Below, one piece after another: positions 57,140-64,000 of a stretch of DNA of 64,000 bases. Source of the DNA: Patescibacteria group bacterium (GTDB lineage Bacteria; Patescibacteriota; Patescibacteriia; PEXW01); NCBI GenBank assembly GCA_041665345.1, contig JBAYJA010000001.1:457206-521205 (forward strand), in the 5' to 3' direction. The notes under the pieces are model-generated. The model was given only the letters and a program-made list of their open reading frames with translations. It did no database searches and was not told the DNA's origin. A program made the translations under genes and the position numbers. Each line of letters begins with the position of its first letter. The first letter of the stretch is position 1.

Positions 57140-58039
57140 CTAATGGAACCATTCATTATTCGTGAGTGTAGTTCTTTTTCTACTAATCACGTCTTGTATA
57201 ATTTTATTCACTTTCTGCCACATCTCTGGAATTTTTGCATCAGTTTGCCGGGGAAAGGTACGAAGTTCAATGCAGAGTGCATTCCCATACCGACGCAGAC
57301 GGTAGTGCCACCAAATGGATCGAAGGTATAGGTTGATATCAAAATCTGGTACCTCCTGTGGCTTTAATCGAATTGGTTTCCCTTGGTGCATTACCACATC
57401 ATGTTCCGTGAGTTTTGTCACGTAGTCCTTGAGTGAGGCGAAAGAAGTGGGTCCGCCGTAGCGAAGCGGTAAATACTTTTCCCGACTCTCCGTTATGTAG
57501 CGTCCCCAAAGGCGTTCGTTACGTTGGTAGGCATCACGTAGTTCTCTGTTGCTGTTGAGGGCATTTAAAACGTGAACTGCATCTGCTGGATGCACATCAA
57601 CGGTAAATTGTACAGATGAGCACCGGCACAAGTGCTCCAGTGCGTTTCTTCCATCCAACTGCACCCACAAAGCATCACGCTCTTCTTGGACGTAGAGCAG
57701 CGGGCCGTTCCAGCAGAAGTCAGGACGAAAGCAAGGGACTGCGTTGTACTGCTTCGCTACCCCGTATAGCCAGGTGAGCCCCGCTTGCACGCGTGGCCAC
57801 AGGATGTTGAATGTCGGCTGCGGCGCGACGTTGATTTCAATCTTCTGGCGACCTAATTCAAGTTTTACCGTGCAGTCGTCGGGTTTTCCTGTGGCACAGC
57901 GCAGAATGCACTGACTTACTGCTTCCGTAATGGGCGTGCCATCCAGGAAGGTAAAATCAGTTTCAATCTCCACACCCACAGCCCCGAGCGTCTGTGTCCT
58001 TTCCGTTCCTTGGGTAAAGTAGTCAATGAGCGTTTTCAT
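57140..58039 (-). CDS. Glutamate--cysteine ligase (GCS2)-like protein
   Basis: VGVEIE, LELG..KIE, SVQFTVD, W..YRLR, IELR. Confidence 0.65.
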   Translation of the reverse strand: MKTLIDYFTQGTERTQTLGAVGVEIETDFTFLDGTPITEAVSQCILRCATGKPDDCTVKLELGRQKIEINVAPQPTFNILWPRVQAGLTWLYGVAKQYNAVPCFRPDFCWNGPLLYVQEERDALWVQLDGRNALEHLCRCSSVQFTVDVHPADAVHVLNALNSNRELRDAYQRNERLWGRYITESREKYLPLRYGGPTSFASLKDYVTKLTEHDVVMHQGKPIRLKPQEVPDFDINLYLRSIWWHYRLRRYGNALCIELRTFPRQTDAKIPEMWQKVNKIIQDVISRKRTTLTNNEWFH

Positions 58040-58124
58040 TCTTCCAACCTTTCAGAAAATTGTGTTTGGTTATTTCAAAAATCCCTCTCGTTTGAGAGGG
58101 GAGTAAGCTTAAAAATAATTCAGC

Positions 58125-58445
58125 TCAAGCCTCTGTCAAACGAGATCTGGAATGAGTTGCATGATGCTTTTTTTGGGACAGCATGAGTTGGTACCCACCC
58201 AAACCTTTGGTTAGCCAGCGCTGCACTCGGGCGACGGTTGTGGAGCTCAGGCCAGTCTTTGCAACGATTTGGGTATAGGGGATACCTTGATCAAGCATTT
58301 GCGCGGCTTTCCACCGACGGCTAAACTCAGTAATCTCAGCAGGCGTGAGGAGATCACGGAGGAATTTTTTCATTTCCGCAAGATTTCGCACCCGGAGGAG
58401 CGTTTGGAAGAGGTCTTGCGTTTGTGGGGTGTCCCAGGTGGGCAT
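58125..58445 (-). CDS. TrpR-like YerC/YecD regulator
   Basis: FLRDLLT..EI..RW..A.ML, Y..I...TGLSSTTVARV. Confidence 0.9.
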   Translation of the reverse strand: MPTWDTPQTQDLFQTLLRVRNLAEMKKFLRDLLTPAEITEFSRRWKAAQMLDQGIPYTQIVAKTGLSSTTVARVQRWLTKGLGGYQLMLSQKKHHATHSRSRLTEA

Positions 58446-58455
58446 AAGAGTGTAG

Positions 58456-58475
58456 TACTTTACTAAACTAAAGTA
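58456..58475. promoter_or_regulatory. Palindromic operator TACTTTA-N6-TAAAGTA
   Basis: Perfect 7-bp inverted repeat 10 bp upstream of the YerC-like gene. Confidence 0.65.
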
Positions 58476-58514
58476 GCATGCTACGGTTCAAGCTGTCAAC
58501 ATGTTCCTCCTGCT

Positions 58515-59333
58515 ATGCCACAACTTCCTCCAAAAACTTACCTTTTCACTGGATCCAAGCCCGGAAACACCTCGGTTATTCTTGCTGGGGTGCACGGTGA
58601 TGAGCGTGCCGGGATAATTGCCTTGGAGCAGCTTCTCTCGGATTTTCGTATCAAACGGGGTAAGGTTTTTGTCATTTTTGGGAACCCAGCGGCAATTCAG
58701 CTGGGGGTTCGGCAAGTTGAGGAAAATTTGAATCGGTGCTTTCTCCCAAACCAAACTGGTACTTCCCTGGAAGCCCGTCGTGCCCAGGAATTGCTGCCGA
58801 TTCTTGACCAATCATCAGCAGTGCTTGACCTCCACGCCACGCATAGCACTGCGTCCATACCTTTCATCATAGTTGCAGGTGCGGGACTTCCGCTCGCTCG
58901 CCAACTCAACTTTCCCATTCTCTCCACTGGATGGAACATTTTGGAACCAGGTGGGACTGATGGGTACATGGCTTCACAAGGGAAAATTGGCATTTGTGCA
59001 GAGTGTGGATCAATGAATGATGAAGGGCGAGGTGTGCAAATCGCAATGCAAACGATCACTGACTTCCTTATCCTACGAGGTCATAGAGAGGGTGTGTCTT
59101 CCAAATCAACACCGAAGCGAATTGTGGAAGTGCAGCAGAAAGTATGCCGGCAAACGAATGATTTTCGGTTCCGAAAGAACTTCGCTGACTTTGAGCGCTT
59201 GCCAGCCGGAGAAGCATTTGCCTGGGATGGCCCGCGTACGTTTATTGCACAACCAGAACAGTGCATTATTTTTGCACGACCTGGGAATGCCCCCGGTGAT
59301 CAGGTGTTCATTCTGGGTGCAGAAAGAGCGTAG
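58515..59333 (+). CDS. Succinylglutamate desuccinylase/aspartoacylase family protein
   Basis: GVHGDE, GNP.A, NLNR.F, LDLH, ECG. Confidence 0.88.
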   Translation: MPQLPPKTYLFTGSKPGNTSVILAGVHGDERAGIIALEQLLSDFRIKRGKVFVIFGNPAAIQLGVRQVEENLNRCFLPNQTGTSLEARRAQELLPILDQSSAVLDLHATHSTASIPFIIVAGAGLPLARQLNFPILSTGWNILEPGGTDGYMASQGKIGICAECGSMNDEGRGVQIAMQTITDFLILRGHREGVSSKSTPKRIVEVQQKVCRQTNDFRFRKNFADFERLPAGEAFAWDGPRTFIAQPEQCIIFARPGNAPGDQVFILGAERA

Positions 59334-59393
59334 GCTTGTACATTTTCAAGCCTTATGCGCTAGAATGGGTTTATCAGCATTAATGCAAAGCAT

Positions 59394-60152
59394 ATGAAAG
59401 GCATCATTCTCGCGGGTGGCACTGGTTCCCGGCTCTTCCCCCTCACCCGGGTGACAAACAAGCACTTACTACCTGTTTACGACCGACCCATGATTTACTA
59501 CCCCCTCCAGACCCTGGTAGAGGCTGGGTTGAAGGATATTATGATTGTCTCTGGCAAAGGCCACGCTGGGGGCTTCCTGGAGCTCCTGGGTGATGGCCAT
59601 GCCTTTGGGGTCAAGCTCTCCTACGCTGTGCAGGAGAAACCCGGTGGTATTGCTCAAGCTCTGGGATTGGCAGCGGACTTTGCGGATGGTGAAAAAGTGG
59701 TGGTCATTCTGGGTGACAATATTTTGGAAGACAGCATTGCCAAAGCAACTACAGATTTTGCCGCGCAAGAGCAAGGTGCCAAGATTTTCTTAAAGGAAGT
59801 GGACAATCCAAAGTCCTTTGGCATTGCTGAAGTGCAGGGTGACAAGATCCTTAGTATCGTGGAAAAGCCGCAGGAGCCAAAAACGAACTTTGCGGTCATT
59901 GGCGTGTACATGTTCGACGGCACGGTCTTTGACGTGGTGAAGACTCTCAAACCCTCAGCTCGAGGCGAATTGGAAGTGACTGATTTGAACAACTACTACG
60001 TGCAGCAGGGGACCATGACCTTTGAAAAGCTCACCGGTGCCTGGGGCGATGGCGGTGAATCCTTTGATTCGCTCATGAAAGCTTCTGCTCTGGCTCAAGC
60101 GTGGCGCCAGTCTGGGAAACTTGGTACGCCCATTGGGGCGAAGGAAGAGTAG
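59394..60152 (+). CDS. Glucose-1-phosphate thymidylyltransferase-like nucleotidyltransferase
   Basis: GIILAGGTGSRLFPLT, KHLLPVYD, VEKP, SARGELE. Confidence 0.9.
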   Translation: MKGIILAGGTGSRLFPLTRVTNKHLLPVYDRPMIYYPLQTLVEAGLKDIMIVSGKGHAGGFLELLGDGHAFGVKLSYAVQEKPGGIAQALGLAADFADGEKVVVILGDNILEDSIAKATTDFAAQEQGAKIFLKEVDNPKSFGIAEVQGDKILSIVEKPQEPKTNFAVIGVYMFDGTVFDVVKTLKPSARGELEVTDLNNYYVQQGTMTFEKLTGAWGDGGESFDSLMKASALAQAWRQSGKLGTPIGAKEE

Positions 60153-60336
60153 GGGGAGGAGAGAGCCTTAAAGCCGTAAAGCTTTAGAGCTATAGAGGTT
60201 TTTTAAAAAAGGTGGTTGCAAGGCTGCCTTTTTGTCATGTCTATCATAGGTGTGTTGCATTTGGAAAATCGTCATAAAAATGGTATGATACATCTTGCAA
60301 GCAGGCAGCTTCCCCTCCAGATTTTTTGTTGACGCT

Positions 60337-61509
60337 ATGCAGCTCAAGTCATTGCGGGATATGTCAGTAACCGGCCGCCAGGTGATTGTCCGGGCGGATT
60401 TTAACGTTCCGCTGCGCGATGGGAAGGTGAGCGATCCAAGCCGCATTTTGGCAGCGCTGCCAACCCTGGAATACCTCCGGAACCAGCAGTGTAGAATTGT
60501 CATCATCACCCACTTTGGCAAGGCGAAGGGGAAAGTGGATCCAGCATTTAGTTTGCGTCCGGCGTTTGAGGTGCTGGCAGAGCGTCTACCTGGCGTGCAG
60601 TTTGCATCCGAGGTTCCTGGCACACCTGAAGCTATTGCTCGAAGCCAGAAAGTCCGGCAAGGAGACATTACCCTTTTTGAAAATCTCCGCTTCCACCCGG
60701 GCGAGCAGGCCAACGATCCAGCTTTTGCAGCAGACTTAGCGAAAATGGGGGATTGCTACGTCAACGAGGCTTTCTCAGAGTGCCACCGTTCTGTAGCGTC
60801 CCTGGGTCAGTTAGCTGGACTCCTGCCTGCCGCGGCTGGGTTTCAGTTGGAAAAGGAAGTGAAATACCTCGACCGCATTCTCCAAGCACCGGCACGGCCG
60901 ATGGTGGGGATCATTGGTGGGGCAAAGATTTCCACCAAGTTGCCGGTCATTCGGGCGCTGTTGGAGCACGTGGATTACTTGCTGCTTGGTGGCGCACTGG
61001 CGAACACGATTCTCAAAGCCCAGGGCGTGGCGGTTGGTAAATCACTGGTTGAAGAGAGCATGGTGGAAGCAGTGAAGGATCTGACCCTCACGACGAATAA
61101 ACTCCGGATTCCGGTGGACGTGGTCATTGCACATTCGCTGGAGCCTGATGCACCGGAGCAGACCGTGGCCGTGGGGAATGTGCCCGATGACCAGCTCATT
61201 CTGGATATTGGACCGGAAACCGTGGAGCTGTACAAGCTCATTTTGCAGCAAGCGGCAACCGTGGTGTGGAACGGACCCATGGGGTACTTTGAATTGCCAC
61301 AGTTTGCCAAAGGCACAGACGAGGTGGCGAAGTTCGTCGCCGGCCTTTCCGCAACGACGGTGGTGGGTGGTGGCGAAACCCTGGATGCAGTGAATGCGCT
61401 GGGTTTGGGTTCGAACATCACTTTTGCCTCTACTGGCGGTGGCGCCATGTTGAAATTTTTAGAAGGCAAACCCCTCCCGGGTATTGTGCCACTTCTTCAA
61501 AACGCATAA
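60337..61509 (+). CDS. pgk: Phosphoglycerate kinase
   Basis: RADFNVP, ENLRFH, GGAKIS, WNGPMG, STGGGA. Confidence 0.96.
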   Translation: MQLKSLRDMSVTGRQVIVRADFNVPLRDGKVSDPSRILAALPTLEYLRNQQCRIVIITHFGKAKGKVDPAFSLRPAFEVLAERLPGVQFASEVPGTPEAIARSQKVRQGDITLFENLRFHPGEQANDPAFAADLAKMGDCYVNEAFSECHRSVASLGQLAGLLPAAAGFQLEKEVKYLDRILQAPARPMVGIIGGAKISTKLPVIRALLEHVDYLLLGGALANTILKAQGVAVGKSLVEESMVEAVKDLTLTTNKLRIPVDVVIAHSLEPDAPEQTVAVGNVPDDQLILDIGPETVELYKLILQQAATVVWNGPMGYFELPQFAKGTDEVAKFVAGLSATTVVGGGETLDAVNALGLGSNITFASTGGGAMLKFLEGKPLPGIVPLLQNA

Positions 61510-61517
61510 TTTTTTCT

Positions 61518-62777
61518 ATGCCAACAATTACCGCAATCCACGCTTTAGAAATTCTTGATTCTCGTGGCAATCCCACCGTACAAGTTTCGGTAACCCTGGA
61601 TGATGGGACAGTTGGCACAGCAGCCGTGCCGTCCGGAGCCTCCACTGGTTCGCACGAAGCACTGGAGCTGCGTGATGGTGATGCAAAACGCTACGGCAGC
61701 AAAGGTGTTCAGAAAGCTATTGCCAATGTTGCAGGTCCACTTGCAAAGACCATTGTTGGGATGTCGGTTGCAGATCTTGCGGCAATTGACCAGAAAATAA
61801 GAGAAGCTGATGGGACAGAAAATAAATCGAACCTGGGTGCCAACGCGTGTCTGGGCGTTTCGCTTGCCGTGGCACGTGCGGCTGCAATAGCTGCCAAGCA
61901 ACCCTTGTACGCTTTCCTGGCCGCGCAGTACGGGTATCCAACCACTGGGTTTCGTTTTCCTACACCCATGTGCAACGTGATCAACGGTGGGGTGCATGCC
62001 GATTCCGGTCTCTCATTCCAAGAGTTCATGCTCATTCCTGCGCCAGGTGATTTTCCTGAGCAGCTGCGCAAAGCCGCGGAAGTGTTCCACAGTTTGGCAA
62101 AAGTGCTGAAGGGGAAAAATTTGCCAACGCTCGTTGGCGATGAAGGCGGCTACGCGCCGCGCGTGACAAGCAACAGTGAGCCATTTCAGTTACTGGAAGA
62201 CGCCATCACCCAAGCCGGACAAGCATTAGGTACTGACGTATTCCTGGGTATGGACGCAGCTGCCAGCGAATTTCAGCAACCTGACGGGACGTACCGCCTG
62301 GCACTGGAAGGGCAGAATTTGAGTGCGGACCAACTGACCGCGCTGTATCAAGAGTGGAACGCAAAGCATCACCTAGTCTCTGTTGAAGATGGTTTGGGTG
62401 AAGATGATTGGGAGCACTGGCCCGCGCATACTGCCGCGCTGGGCAAGGCTGGAATGATGGTTGTGGGTGATGACTTATTCGTCACTAATGTGAAACGGCT
62501 GCAACGTGGCATTACAGAGAAAGTGGCCAATGCCATTCTCATTAAGGTGAACCAAATTGGCACGCTGACGGAAACCGTTGACGCAATTCGCCTGGCCCAA
62601 AAAGCTGGGTACAAGGTAATCATTTCCCATCGTTCTGGTGAAACAACTGATACAACAATTGCTGACCTGAGTGTGGCTATGGGCGCAGACTACCTGAAGG
62701 CTGGTTCGCTGTCCCGGGGCGAGCGTTTGGCAAAGTACAACCGGCTCTTGGAAATCTGGCACGACCTCCATGCCTGA
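61518..62777 (+). CDS. eno: Enolase
   Basis: ILDSRGNPTV, PSGASTG, GDEGG, SHRSGET, AKYNRLL. Confidence 0.97.
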   Translation: MPTITAIHALEILDSRGNPTVQVSVTLDDGTVGTAAVPSGASTGSHEALELRDGDAKRYGSKGVQKAIANVAGPLAKTIVGMSVADLAAIDQKIREADGTENKSNLGANACLGVSLAVARAAAIAAKQPLYAFLAAQYGYPTTGFRFPTPMCNVINGGVHADSGLSFQEFMLIPAPGDFPEQLRKAAEVFHSLAKVLKGKNLPTLVGDEGGYAPRVTSNSEPFQLLEDAITQAGQALGTDVFLGMDAAASEFQQPDGTYRLALEGQNLSADQLTALYQEWNAKHHLVSVEDGLGEDDWEHWPAHTAALGKAGMMVVGDDLFVTNVKRLQRGITEKVANAILIKVNQIGTLTETVDAIRLAQKAGYKVIISHRSGETTDTTIADLSVAMGADYLKAGSLSRGERLAKYNRLLEIWHDLHA

Positions 62778-64000
62778 GCGCTGCCAAGTGGTCAAAACTC
62801 AGCTGCCGTTGGTCCTGGTCATCATGGATGGCTGGGGGATTGGGAAACCTGGCGCCTGGAATCCAATATCCGTTGCCAAGACGCCCAATTACAACCGACT
62901 CCTTCGGACGTCACCCTGGACGAAATTGCAAGCGAGTGGGAAGGATGTTGGCCTGGCGCGTGGGCAGGACGGCAATTCCGAAGCCGGGCACTTGAACATT
63001 GGTGCTGGTCGCCTGGTGCTCCAAGATGCAGTGTACATTTCCCGTTCTATTAGCGACGGTTCCTTTTTCCGTAACACCGCTTTCCAGCGAGCGGTTCGGC
63101 ACGTGCAGAAGCACAAGTCAACTTTGCACCTCATGGGCATGCTGGGCAATGCGCAGAGCGCGCACGCAAATCCTGATCACTTACTGGCGCTGCTCACCTA
63201 CGCGCACCTTTCCAAACTCCCGCACGTTGCGGTGCACTTGTTCACAGATGGCCGGGATAGCCCGCGTTTTTCCGCAATCAAGCTGCTGCGTAAGCTGGAG
63301 CGAACATTGCACCACACGAACATTGCCACGGTGTGCGGACGGTACATTGCCATGGATCGAGCTTTACATTGGCGGCGCATTGAACGCGCGTACGACATGC
63401 TCACCCTGGGCACAGGTTTACGGGCAGCAAGTGCAGATGAAGCCATTTTGGAAGCCTACAACCGGAATGAGAGTGATGAATTTATTCAACCTACGGTGAT
63501 TGTGAAGGACAAGCAGAAGCCCATGACTATTGGGAACAATGATTCCATCATTTTCTTCAACCTCCGCAGTGACCGCGCCCGGCAATTGACGAAGGCTTTT
63601 GTCCAGCCAAATTTTTCTGGCTTTCGGCGAAAGAAAGTCATCAAGAACCTGGTATTCGTTGCCATGACCGACTTCGGACCAGACTTGCCCGGCGTACTTT
63701 CGGCTTTCCCTAGCCGGGATATCAACGATACATTACCCATTGCACTGAAGGCCTACCGCCAGTTGTACATATCCGAGAGTGAGAAGTATGCGCACATGAC
63801 CTACTTCTTCAACGGTGGGTATGACCATGCCGTTGCAGGTGAAGATCGGGTGTTTGTTCCATCACCAAAAGTCATGACGTACGATACTCGACCGGCAATG
63901 GCAACGGCAGAACTCGTACGACGTGTGGAACGGGATGTTTCCCAACATGCACACGACTTCATCGCCGTTAATTTTGCCGCCCCAGATATGGTGGCGCACA
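62770..64000 (+). CDS. gpmI: 2,3-bisphosphoglycerate-independent phosphoglycerate mutase, 3' truncated by the window
   Basis: Translated from sequence: LVIMDGWG, GNSEAGHLNIGAGR, DGRDS, ESEKYAHMTYFFNGG. Confidence 0.93.
   Translation, partial: MPERCQVVKTQLPLVLVIMDGWGIGKPGAWNPISVAKTPNYNRLLRTSPWTKLQASGKDVGLARGQDGNSEAGHLNIGAGRLVLQDAVYISRSISDGSFFRNTAFQRAVRHVQKHKSTLHLMGMLGNAQSAHANPDHLLALLTYAHLSKLPHVAVHLFTDGRDSPRFSAIKLLRKLERTLHHTNIATVCGRYIAMDRALHWRRIERAYDMLTLGTGLRAASADEAILEAYNRNESDEFIQPTVIVKDKQKPMTIGNNDSIIFFNLRSDRARQLTKAFVQPNFSGFRRKKVIKNLVFVAMTDFGPDLPGVLSAFPSRDINDTLPIALKAYRQLYISESEKYAHMTYFFNGGYDHAVAGEDRVFVPSPKVMTYDTRPAMATAELVRRVERDVSQHAHDFIAVNFAAPDMVAH

Overview
The window is a 64-kb bacterial chromosome segment, almost all on the + strand. 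A Patescibacteria/CPR (Parcubacteria-like) origin is inferred from gene content and style only. Housekeeping genes include xseA/xseB, mraZ-rsmH-ftsL-ftsI-murF, tyrS with tRNA-Tyr, purB, an alpha-2-macroglobulin, murJ, lepA and pgk-eno-gpmI, interrupted by lower-GC accessory inserts. The main observation is a ~9.1-kb cassette-like array at 30533-39672. One consensus sigma70 promoter precedes 17 short co-oriented ORFs of unknown function, mostly membrane-anchored or secreted. They are punctuated by 18 double-hairpin elements that are not terminators, CRISPR repeats or canonical attC sites. These elements fall into about six sequence families with shared architecture, compensatory changes and a recurring C-A mismatch. 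The array also holds three larger multi-branch RNAs with a common closing stem and one tRNA-like RNA. No integrase, transposase or reverse transcriptase is encoded in the window. Other notable items: paralogous cassettes bounded by copies of the xseA 3' end, an AT-rich 7TM sensor/GNAT/PS-decarboxylase/7TM kinase module that may be a signal-synthase plus receptor unit, and a split between apparently leaderless core genes and SD-led accessory genes. All RNA structures were paired by eye, not computed.
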